Sequence record: PP456877.1
Direction: 5' to 3' (one strand)
DNA: 64,000 bases
Positions 34,391 through 42,771 of this stretch are shown here, piece by piece. The notes under the pieces were generated by a model. The model did not search any database. It was given only the letters and a program-made list of their open reading frames with translations, and was not told the origin of the DNA. Made by a program: the position numbers and the translations under genes. Position 1 is the stretch's first letter. Each line of letters starts with the position of its first letter.

Positions 34391-34437
34391 ATTTAGTATC
34401 CTATTTACAATTAATAGAAAATATTACTTTTAGTAAT

Positions 34438-34476
34438 ATCACATTTGTAATATACCTTTTAAATAGGTTTGAATAT
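34438..34476 (-). promoter_or_regulatory. Early promoter
   Basis: TATTCAAACCTATTTAAAAGGTATATTACAAATGTG. Confidence 0.85.
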
Positions 34477-34538
34477 AACTTTATTTATTATAATAAATTA
34501 AAATAATACTTTCATATACACTATATGTAGAAGATTAC

Positions 34539-34615
34539 GCCGCTATAGCTCAGCTAGGTAGAGCAACGCACTTGTAATGCGTAGGTCCTCCGTTCGATTC
34601 GGAGTGGCGGCACCA
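34539..34615 (+). tRNA. tRNA-Thr(TGT)
   Basis: ACGCA-CTTGTAA-TGCGT; CCA. Confidence 0.96.
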
Positions 34616-34744
34616 AATTTACTGAGGTTTAAACTATTCTTAAATATATTAGTTAGGATGGGATTGAACGTGAAAGACTCAGTAAATCATATTGCCCCTC
34701 CATATGGAGGGGCTTATGTTTGTCATTAATCAGGAAAATATAAA

Positions 34745-34921
34745 ATGAGTCATCTATTATTTATCATCCAAGAATATATTACTAATAAATTTGAGATAAC
34801 ACGAATTGACATGAAGACAGGCAATAGAATGTTACGTGTATGTGTATACGGTCAACATGATGGAAAAGGTTTCGTCCGTGTAGATTTATGGTCAGTTGGT
34901 TATCGTATTACAAAGAAATAA
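34745..34921 (+). CDS. Small ORF missing from track (58 aa, MSHLLFIIQEY...)
   Basis: Hand translation; AGGA RBS. Confidence 0.6.
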   Translation: MSHLLFIIQEYITNKFEITRIDMKTGNRMLRVCVYGQHDGKGFVRVDLWSVGYRITKK

Positions 34922-34963
34922 TACTCCAGATTATTTAATATGTATTGATCAAAGGAGTTTATA

Positions 34964-35374
34964 ATGAGTAATGAAACTAACTATCTAGGTTATGAATGGA
35001 AAACAGATATAACTACTTCAAATCTTAATAGAGTAGTTGATTTATATACACTTGAATTAGCATGGCTAAAAGAAGATTTTAATGATACTCTTTTTATAAA
35101 GTCTTATAAAGTGCTAGAGGGTCTATTAGAGGAACCGTCTAGGGCAATCCATGATGATACAGTACCCATTCAAGATCAATTAGATGAATTAAATACTGTT
35201 TTTAAATTAGTATTTGGGAAAGATAATGATGTAGAGTTATCAATTAATAATGATTCAATTATTGTAATCGGCACCACAGATGCAACTAAAGAAAAGTTAG
35301 AGGTAGAGGTGCGTGAGTTTGCATATAGAAAATCATTAATTGATGAACGTTATCCAGACATTGTAACGGATTAA
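34964..35374 (+). CDS. Hypothetical protein
   Basis: ORF track; AGGAG RBS. Confidence 0.75.
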   Translation: MSNETNYLGYEWKTDITTSNLNRVVDLYTLELAWLKEDFNDTLFIKSYKVLEGLLEEPSRAIHDDTVPIQDQLDELNTVFKLVFGKDNDVELSINNDSIIVIGTTDATKEKLEVEVREFAYRKSLIDERYPDIVTD

Positions 35375-35454
35375 AATACTTACAGCTATCTAGTATGTAA
35401 CTAGGCGGATTGCCATTTGTAAATTATCTATTTAATCGAACTGAGGAAATACTA

Positions 35455-35844
35455 ATGAAACAATTCTTTCAACTACTTCTAAGCCTACTTTTCAAACTAC
35501 CGGTTCTATCATATTTTGCTGAGAAGAAACGATTAGAGAAAGAGAAAAAGGAAGAAGAAAAGCGTCAGCAAGAACAACGTCAAAAAGAACTACTTGATGA
35601 ACAACGTCGCGAACTAGAAGATCATTATCGAAAGACGGCTTACGATCGCCTAGCAAAACTTATTCATACTCGGTGGTATGATGAGTTTAATGCATACGAA
35701 AAGAAACTAGTTGATCTTGCTGTATCGAGTGGTAAAGCAGTTAGTGTTAAGTATGGTAAAGTTACTAAGATGCAGCACCCTCATCAATTTAAACTACTTA
35801 ATGATTGGCTGGATGATATTCCAGTAGAAGATTATTCTAAGTGA
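35455..35844 (+). CDS. Membrane-anchored coiled-coil protein
   Basis: MKQFFQLLLSLLF start with GAGGA RBS; TATGTA motif upstream. Confidence 0.7.
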   Translation: MKQFFQLLLSLLFKLPVLSYFAEKKRLEKEKKEEEKRQQEQRQKELLDEQRRELEDHYRKTAYDRLAKLIHTRWYDEFNAYEKKLVDLAVSSGKAVSVKYGKVTKMQHPHQFKLLNDWLDDIPVEDYSK

Positions 35845-35906
35845 GTTTAAATAAAAGAAAATAAAGACATAGCCCCTCTCCATGTGGAGAGGGGTTTATG
35901 CCGTAA

Positions 35907-36587
35907 TTATACACTTACTTTGATAAGATTTTTAATATCAGTAAAATGGGTATATGTTGCCTTTTTATCTTTGTGAACCAGTAAGCAACAGGTACCTTCA
36001 TTTACTGTATTGGTTTGTTTTAATGGGATATTTAAAGCATATTCAAACAGATCATCCATCCAGTTAAATACCATGAACTTATTGATAAGGACATGATCGA
36101 AATCAATTAATCCAATAAACGAATCGATCTCAGATTGATAATACTCTACAACCATTTTAGACCATTCTTTGTTTATCGCCTCAATGACATTAGGATTATT
36201 TATTTTATTAAATAACTCAATACGTTCCTGAGTAGGTAAACTGAGGTAATAATTAATATTACTCCTAACGATATCTGGATTAGTGATATCCATTTTTTCT
36301 GGTAAGTTATATTTACTATCTACATAATTCTTAGTTTCTGGTGTCATTCTCCAGCAACCATAATCAGCAGTAGTACTTGATGGATCTATTTTAGTCTCCA
36401 CTACTTTAGAAAATACATCTACATATAAATTAACAGATTCGTATACATCAGGTCTGATTGGATTAAAGTTTAAACTTTTAATAAGACCCCTAACTGGCCG
36501 AGTACCAATTAGACAATGCAATTCAAGCTTAACATTTTCCTCTTTAGCCATCTTAAATATATCAGCAAAACTGAGCTTTTCTGCCAT
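35907..36587 (-). CDS. Hypothetical protein
   Basis: ORF track. Confidence 0.7.
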   Translation of the reverse strand: MAEKLSFADIFKMAKEENVKLELHCLIGTRPVRGLIKSLNFNPIRPDVYESVNLYVDVFSKVVETKIDPSSTTADYGCWRMTPETKNYVDSKYNLPEKMDITNPDIVRSNINYYLSLPTQERIELFNKINNPNVIEAINKEWSKMVVEYYQSEIDSFIGLIDFDHVLINKFMVFNWMDDLFEYALNIPLKQTNTVNEGTCCLLVHKDKKATYTHFTDIKNLIKVSV

Positions 36588-36737
36588 TTAGAATATACCT
36601 TTTATTAATTGGACAAATAGATTAGATACACATAGCAATAGAATAAACCATAAACCTAGTCTTTGTAATTTATCTATACGCTTAGCTTTTTGTTTCCTCT
36701 TTAATCTAACTAATAATGTATTTTTAATATCATTCAT
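36588..36737 (-). CDS. Small basic single-TM protein missing from track (49 aa)
   Basis: MNDIKNTLLVRLKRKQKAKR...LGLWFILLLCVSNLF; stop abuts next start. Confidence 0.55.
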   Translation of the reverse strand: MNDIKNTLLVRLKRKQKAKRIDKLQRLGLWFILLLCVSNLFVQLIKGIF

Positions 36738-36755
36738 TAAATTATCTCAGATTTT

Positions 36756-37286
36756 TTAGACGGTGTATAAACCCTCAGTATTACATGTTGTTATGATATT
36801 GTAAAGACGATGCCAATAGCGATCATACGTATTTTTACGTTTGTAGCTATTGGTGCGGATGACTAGATTGGCGACCCAGTGATTCTGATCAATGGTCTCA
36901 TGTAGATGCCCGAAATAAGCCCCCAGTTCAATTTCGAATGGGATCTTACACTCACGCCCCTTACACATTGCTACACGCAATAAACGCATTGCAGAATTCT
37001 CTGCATTGGTATCTTTAAATAAAAGACTAATGTATCCAGGGCTACCACCAGTTTCTTCATCAACATGGCCTGAACAGCAATAAATAGTTGCAACATTGGT
37101 AAATTGATTAAACCATTTAATTAATGGCCTACATGCTTCATCAATAAGATCTTCATATTCAGGTTTATACATTACTTTAACAGTATCATCTGCACGTTGT
37201 TTCACATGATGAAAATATTGCTCCCAATTTACATTAGTGTAATATAGCATATCCATATTAGAATTACTCATACAAATCAACCCCAT
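36756..37286 (-). CDS. Tyw3-like protein
   Basis: IDEACRPLIKWFNQF..VATIYCCSGH..GYISL resembles the TYW3 TxSSCSGR region. Confidence 0.5.
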   Translation of the reverse strand: MGLICMSNSNMDMLYYTNVNWEQYFHHVKQRADDTVKVMYKPEYEDLIDEACRPLIKWFNQFTNVATIYCCSGHVDEETGGSPGYISLLFKDTNAENSAMRLLRVAMCKGRECKIPFEIELGAYFGHLHETIDQNHWVANLVIRTNSYKRKNTYDRYWHRLYNIITTCNTEGLYTV

Positions 37287-38008
37287 ATGTTATTGGCATA
37301 TTCGCGGTCATTGAAAATGCGGGTAAGATCCATCCGCTTTTGAATGCGCGCTAGTATCCATTTTAGTTGTTTAGTTGATAGTTCTTGATTTTGCTTGTAT
37401 TCACCTGTAGCATGGATGTAATAATCAAATTTACGACTTACAGTAGTAGTATGTGCACATGCAATAGCAAATGCTTCAAGTGCAGTTAGTTTGGTTGATC
37501 CATTATCATTACAATTAGGGATAAACTCAAGTACACTATTAACTGCATCTACACCACTACCCAAATGAGCCCAATCTTTCTTGGTGATGTTGATACCCAT
37601 GTCTTTAAGAATAACTGTATATATGTCACCATTCTCCATAGTGAACATCATAGAAGTATTACCATTAAACAACCTGCGTTCTATGACTGGCAAGATATTT
37701 ACTTCAACTTTAAACCAATCAGCTAAATCAACACCTGCGGTAAGGGCATTCAATAGATCATAAACATTATCTATAGTTCCAGCAAAAGCCATAGTTTTAA
37801 CACGTTTACCTTGCCAAGTAACTGTCGGATGAAAAATTATCTTGTGGCAATCATTGTAATATACATCTACACCTTCAGCTTTAGCAGTTAGATCAATATA
37901 ACCGTTATCTAATACTGGAAGTCGCCCAATGCTATCAGTTGCATTATTCCGCTCAATTAATAGGCAGTCTGCAATCATGACTTTACCATCATTTACGATA
38001 TATGTCAT
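37277..38008 (-). CDS. Ntn-hydrolase (HslV/proteasome-beta-like) protein
   Basis: M-TYIVNDGKVMIAD start after GGAG RBS; FAG, LGSG, ALEAFAIA motifs. Confidence 0.65.
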   Translation of the reverse strand: MTYIVNDGKVMIADCLLIERNNATDSIGRLPVLDNGYIDLTAKAEGVDVYYNDCHKIIFHPTVTWQGKRVKTMAFAGTIDNVYDLLNALTAGVDLADWFKVEVNILPVIERRLFNGNTSMMFTMENGDIYTVILKDMGINITKKDWAHLGSGVDAVNSVLEFIPNCNDNGSTKLTALEAFAIACAHTTTVSRKFDYYIHATGEYKQNQELSTKQLKWILARIQKRMDLTRIFNDREYANNIWG

Positions 38009-38046
38009 TTTCACTCCTTATAATAAAATAAATAGGCTTAAGCGAA

Positions 38047-38447
38047 ATAAAGCCCTCCCGAAGGAGGGCAGGGGTTTAATAGATGGGCATCCCAAAGTCG
38101 GCCAACTTGGAACATACTCGATAATACTGGATCACCAGTATGATCGCCTCCGTCCCTATGGGATAGTTCCACGCCTTACTGCTAAAGGACTAAAGTCTCA
38201 ATAACAAGTCTGACTTATCTTAACTGTGGCACCACCCAACTTGTTAAGATCATCCGGTTTGTGCAGTTTGGTTTTCTACACAGCTAGCGTTTTCACACGC
38301 CGATGTACCCTCAATACGGATACACCACTATTAACACCGTAAGCTCATTAGTATTCAGAATAAGTGGGATCTCGGCGGCACCTTCATTTGCGGACGGGAA
38401 CGCTGAAGGGAGATAGTCCGGGAGATCCCGATTTGGGTATTCTTTAC
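38047..38447 (-). ncRNA. Candidate large (~400 nt) multi-domain structured RNA
   Basis: TATGTA start, paired 5'/3' ends, at least 8 helices including an H-type pseudoknot, UUCG terminator, no credible ORF. Confidence 0.65.
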
Positions 38448-38455
38448 ATATGGTA

Positions 38456-38836
38456 TTACTGCAAGTATTTGTTCCCCGCAGTATAATCACCATTGATCCA
38501 ATTTTTGATTACAACACTGATCCCTTCATTTTCTTTAACGGTAACCCCCAACTCAAGATCGATTGATTGATAAGCTACAGCAGCCAGTGTTAACCGAAGA
38601 TAAACGGATCCATCTTTTTCGATATCGTAGGATACTACGAACCCGTCTTGTAGATTTTGTAGCTGGAATGTATTAGCATGTTGTGGGTGGAGACGATCCA
38701 TATTGTACTCGACGACATCTAGTAGATATTGCCGAGCATCAGCAGCATTATCAAATCCGAGATCGCACAGACCGATCGGATAGCGAGCTTGCGTGCATGT
38801 AACTTTCATAGATACTACACGATGTTGTTTGCACAT
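38456..38836 (-). CDS. Hypothetical protein
   Basis: ORF track; GAGGA RBS. Confidence 0.7.
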   Translation of the reverse strand: MCKQHRVVSMKVTCTQARYPIGLCDLGFDNAADARQYLLDVVEYNMDRLHPQHANTFQLQNLQDGFVVSYDIEKDGSVYLRLTLAAVAYQSIDLELGVTVKENEGISVVIKNWINGDYTAGNKYLQ

Positions 38837-38977
38837 TATATTTTCCTCTTAGATGTCAAAAACCCTCCCCGATCAGGGGAGGGTATCTCATTGGTACTTC
38901 TTCAGCAAAACTGAAACTAAGATAAAAGAGCAATCGTAAAGGAACTACATAGAATAGTGTATTTCTTTTACTATTTT

Positions 38978-39391
38978 TTACACAACCTCTTTAGATGGGG
39001 GTTCTTTATGAATCCAGTCTAAAGTTGTTGGTAAACTATTATCTGATCTGAAGGTACACACCGTCCGGAACCGAGAGTGATCAACTACAGATAATTGCCC
39101 GTTAATCGCAGCCTCATATTGCCTACACAACTTCACACACCTTTTCTCTAGATCAGTTGGTTCGTAACCTTCTTCTCTTGGTTCAGTGTATGGTCCATCC
39201 CAAAAGAATATTAATCTAAGATCAATCCCAGATTTATACTCCGCTTGGTATGAATATTGATGAACATCAAAATCATCTAATTCTTCAACTAGATGTGATG
39301 TTATTGTTCTAGGATGTTCATGAGTTAATTCACTGTATATATGTTTATTTCTAGGGTTTTGTAAATCAACTACGATAAGTTGACTAGTCAT
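38978..39391 (-). CDS. Hypothetical protein (start MTSQLIVV)
   Basis: Start coupled to upstream stop. Confidence 0.65.
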   Translation of the reverse strand: MTSQLIVVDLQNPRNKHIYSELTHEHPRTITSHLVEELDDFDVHQYSYQAEYKSGIDLRLIFFWDGPYTEPREEGYEPTDLEKRCVKLCRQYEAAINGQLSVVDHSRFRTVCTFRSDNSLPTTLDWIHKEPPSKEVV

Positions 39392-39392
39392 T

Positions 39393-40046
39393 TTAACTTT
39401 TATCCAGATGTCTATTACGAGTGCGTTCCACTGCTGTAGGTTCGACAGTGGCTCGCGGTAGATAAGTAATCTCCGGGAAAGTCTTATTAAGAGCATCTTC
39501 AATTAGCTCTTTAGCAATCTCTGCATCGATGTAATGGTTTAGAATAATACCACGATGATACAGGAAGAAGCTGTATTCATCATAACCATGGCGAAGACTT
39601 ACTTTACCACGATACCCACCATAGGTTAGAGTATCTTCGTTAATTTCATTCCGATAAATATCAAGTTGGATATTATTTTGAAGATGCATTTGAATGAAGT
39701 CATTACTATCACCGCCGAATAGGGTTGGTCGTTTCCGACCAGTAACAACATCTTGGATGGAATCCATTAGTCGGTTAATGTCTGTTTCTAATCGTTGGAT
39801 ATCACATTGAGAATTCATTGCTTCATGGAAACGAGTTACAACTGCATTGAATTCTTCTTCAGTCCAACCACTGGTACGTTTTTCATAATCAACAATGATA
39901 ATACCGAACCAGGCATAACCGTTAGAATGTTTTACTTTAACACATAGATGAGGTACATTATCAGCACCTGACTGATGGTTAACAGTGTAATTATTATTAC
40001 GGCTGATTACTAGTTTGATAAAAGGTAGACTAATGATTGACGCCAT
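39393..40046 (-). CDS. Hypothetical protein
   Basis: ORF track; AAGGA RBS. Confidence 0.75.
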   Translation of the reverse strand: MASIISLPFIKLVISRNNNYTVNHQSGADNVPHLCVKVKHSNGYAWFGIIIVDYEKRTSGWTEEEFNAVVTRFHEAMNSQCDIQRLETDINRLMDSIQDVVTGRKRPTLFGGDSNDFIQMHLQNNIQLDIYRNEINEDTLTYGGYRGKVSLRHGYDEYSFFLYHRGIILNHYIDAEIAKELIEDALNKTFPEITYLPRATVEPTAVERTRNRHLDKS

Positions 40047-40194
40047 GGAAATATTCCTTTTGTATTTTTTAAATTAAAGTAGGAGTTATTATTGAGTTTC
40101 AACTCAATACATCAATAACTCCAGTATGTTTTCAAAATTAAATACATGTATTTACAGTTACATTGTAACCAGTTAGTTTTGCCAACAATACAAA

Positions 40195-40383
40195 TTAGCG
40201 AACCTGTTCGATTTTTTCAGAAACAATGAAAATATGTGCAATACGATCCTCATCAACATACCGATATCGAAATGAGGTATAACTAGATGACACATCCGTA
40301 TCGTTTAAATAGGTGATATTAAAATCATCTACTTCCCTACCATTAGCAGCCGCAACGGTATTTAGAATGTTGAGTAGACTCAT
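40195..40383 (-). CDS. Hypothetical protein
   Basis: ORF track. Confidence 0.65.
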   Translation of the reverse strand: MSLLNILNTVAAANGREVDDFNITYLNDTDVSSSYTSFRYRYVDEDRIAHIFIVSEKIEQVR

Positions 40384-40406
40384 TTTACAGATTCCTTTTT
40401 AGTATA

Positions 40407-41933
40407 TTAATATTTCAATAGACTATTGATAAAAGCATTAGGGTCATAACGGTTATTTGAAAAAGCCGCCATTACATCACACCCTGGCTGATCTTTAAAT
40501 CTGATATCTTCAGGAATATCGAAGTCAGGGAACATTAGTTTAATATACTCCCTAACTTCTTGATCTCGTAGATATGGAATCTCCACCATGTAATCAACGC
40601 GACCTTTCCTTAGAAGTGCTTTATCAATATTCTCAGGATGGTTTGTAGTTAGAATGGTCATAGTCTCATCTAGTGGAACAATGCCATCTAGCCCATTTAA
40701 TAGAGCTGACAAAGTTAATCCGCTAGCTGGTTGTTCATACGTGATTCCATTCTTCATGCACTTCTTTAATTTCCACCATCGGCGAATTGTAGTAAATAAT
40801 GGATCTTTTTCATCGGCCCATTTTGAAACACCCAGTTCAGCCATAGCATAAGCACTTATCCCAAAACCTTGATCATCGCTATTTTCATCAAAGATATAGA
40901 TGGTGTCATTAAACCCAACTACAGAGTATCCTTCATAGTCATCTTTAAGATCAACCCATGCAGACGGATATTTTTCAATTAAATCAATAAAAGAATATTT
41001 CCTCTCTAATTCCTTTATCTCTTTATCTAGTTTTACAGGATCATTTAAAACACGATCTTTAACTGCCGGGGTATCATCGAAATCTTCAATTAGAAGAATA
41101 TTACCTTTAGGTAGTGTAGTAAATGCCCGCCTAAGACTATCATTGGTCATAGAGGCTAATGACAGTGCACTAACATTTTTATTAAAATGTGAGGCAATCG
41201 CTTTACTGATTGAGGTTTTACCAGTACCAGGAGGACCTGTTAGAACACAAGTGAATTTATAGGGTAGTCCACGATCATCGTACCATTTCCGATCAGAATA
41301 GAATTCTTCAATCTTATTAAGGAATTCTTCTTTGATCTCTTTACGCAAAATCACCGTGTTGATATCGCGTTTAGTAACTTCAATCTCATTGCCCCAACGG
41401 TTACCATCCCAATGTGAAATAGTCAGACCCCTTTCATTTGGGCGCCAATGGTAAGCATCTACTAAATCAATAATTAGTTTACTACTCCTAGATAATCCAC
41501 GGATAGTAATATCCATTTGATCTCGACTGGCATTTTGACTATCCCGGCGTGCTTTTACAAACCAGAATAACCTACCTTTAAACAGAAAGAAATGTAAGCC
41601 AAAACCAACACCAATTTTCTGTTTAGTTGCACTATAACTTTGCTCATCAACATTAGTTGAAAAACGTCGATTAAATCCAGCTAATGGCTGCTTAATATAC
41701 CATTCCATGAAACAATCAAAGTTCTTCTCGTTCAGCCCATTACCCATGTTGGTAATATGTAGACTAACTGTAAACTGATTTAATGCGAACCTAGCTAGTT
41801 TACTTGGTAAGCCTCTTAGAGTGGTCCAGAATAAACCACCAATTGCCATTCCGATAGCTCCACCCATAACCATATTCTTCTGAGAGATATCGATGAACAT
41901 GGCGTAATATTGCAATAAGGTTTCTATAATCAT
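40407..41933 (-). CDS. Membrane-anchored BCS1-like AAA+ ATPase
   Basis: N-terminal TM; GPPGTGKT; LLIEDFD; LTLSALLNGLDG; TTNHPENIDKALLRKGRVD; RGLPYK. Confidence 0.88.
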   Translation of the reverse strand: MIIETLLQYYAMFIDISQKNMVMGGAIGMAIGGLFWTTLRGLPSKLARFALNQFTVSLHITNMGNGLNEKNFDCFMEWYIKQPLAGFNRRFSTNVDEQSYSATKQKIGVGFGLHFFLFKGRLFWFVKARRDSQNASRDQMDITIRGLSRSSKLIIDLVDAYHWRPNERGLTISHWDGNRWGNEIEVTKRDINTVILRKEIKEEFLNKIEEFYSDRKWYDDRGLPYKFTCVLTGPPGTGKTSISKAIASHFNKNVSALSLASMTNDSLRRAFTTLPKGNILLIEDFDDTPAVKDRVLNDPVKLDKEIKELERKYSFIDLIEKYPSAWVDLKDDYEGYSVVGFNDTIYIFDENSDDQGFGISAYAMAELGVSKWADEKDPLFTTIRRWWKLKKCMKNGITYEQPASGLTLSALLNGLDGIVPLDETMTILTTNHPENIDKALLRKGRVDYMVEIPYLRDQEVREYIKLMFPDFDIPEDIRFKDQPGCDVMAAFSNNRYDPNAFINSLLKY

Positions 41934-42715
41934 ACTAGCATCCCTCTGGATAGCTTAGGAAAATATTGTCCACAGATCATGTATTCACGTTCTAGAAAAT
42001 CTAGAGTATGACTTTCAAATATTTCACCTACATCTTTACCATAGATTTCCGTATACCCATTTTTGAATACGGCCATTACATAAACATCAGACATAGTCAT
42101 GCCGTAGTTATAAATTTGATTGTCTCTGTATTTTGGATGAAATAGGTCATATAAAAAACGAGTCATTGAACTATTGGCAACAGTTGTCACCCCTTTCTGC
42201 TTTAAGGCATAACGTACTTGTTTAACCACATAGTTAACTTTAGAGCGCTCGCCAAATACCGTCAGTTTATCTACATTGCAATTACGATATCCCATAACAT
42301 CAGGATTAGCTATCACGGTGTGTTTTGGAACACGTACATCAAAGATAATGCCATTAGGGGATAGAATAATCTTTTCATGGTTAAATAGAACATGAAATAA
42401 ATGTCGTTCTGGTTTAGTGATTTTGATACTTAACCCAATCACTCCACTAATCTTTCTTTCTAGATCTTCTAGTGACTGCATCACCATGTGATATTGATTG
42501 AAGAAAGCATTGTTCTTATATTGATCTAATTCAAAGTATTTCCAACTTCCACGAAAATGAATAGCATGGCTTTTGGTATAACCTTTAGTTAATCGACACT
42601 TGAGTTTGTCAAACCAGCTTTCAAGATAACTCTCGACTGTAAAACCAAGTGGGTTATTATTAATAAGTTTATTGGAATATGATAAGCTAAATCTGTACAT
42701 AGTTCGACGATGCAT
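41930..42715 (-). CDS. Hypothetical protein (start MHRRTMY)
   Basis: AGGA RBS; downstream of terminator at ~42745. Confidence 0.65.
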   Translation of the reverse strand: MHRRTMYRFSLSYSNKLINNNPLGFTVESYLESWFDKLKCRLTKGYTKSHAIHFRGSWKYFELDQYKNNAFFNQYHMVMQSLEDLERKISGVIGLSIKITKPERHLFHVLFNHEKIILSPNGIIFDVRVPKHTVIANPDVMGYRNCNVDKLTVFGERSKVNYVVKQVRYALKQKGVTTVANSSMTRFLYDLFHPKYRDNQIYNYGMTMSDVYVMAVFKNGYTEIYGKDVGEIFESHTLDFLEREYMICGQYFPKLSRGMLV

Positions 42716-42771
42716 TTTATATTCCTGCCAAATAAAGAAAAAATAAAGGGCTCCGAAGAGCCCTTTATGTA

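Noticed and set aside
38047-38447. tmRNA, RNase P RNA, group I intron or HDV-like ribozyme identity for the large RNA
   Set aside because: No acceptor/T-arm CCA end and no GGAAAGUC/P4 pair. GACUA and AAGAUAAGUC resemble group I R/S elements, but the P3-P6 region and flanking exons are missing. The pseudoknot order does not fit HDV.
37929-38493. Track ORFs 37929-38204 (+) and 38311-38493 (-)
   Set aside because: No RBS; they cross a terminator or overlap a real gene, and the composition is unlike phage proteins. Better explained by the structured RNA.
40730-41075. Intein within the AAA+ ATPase
   Set aside because: Insert lacks N-terminal Cys/Ser, C-terminal His-Asn and endonuclease motifs.
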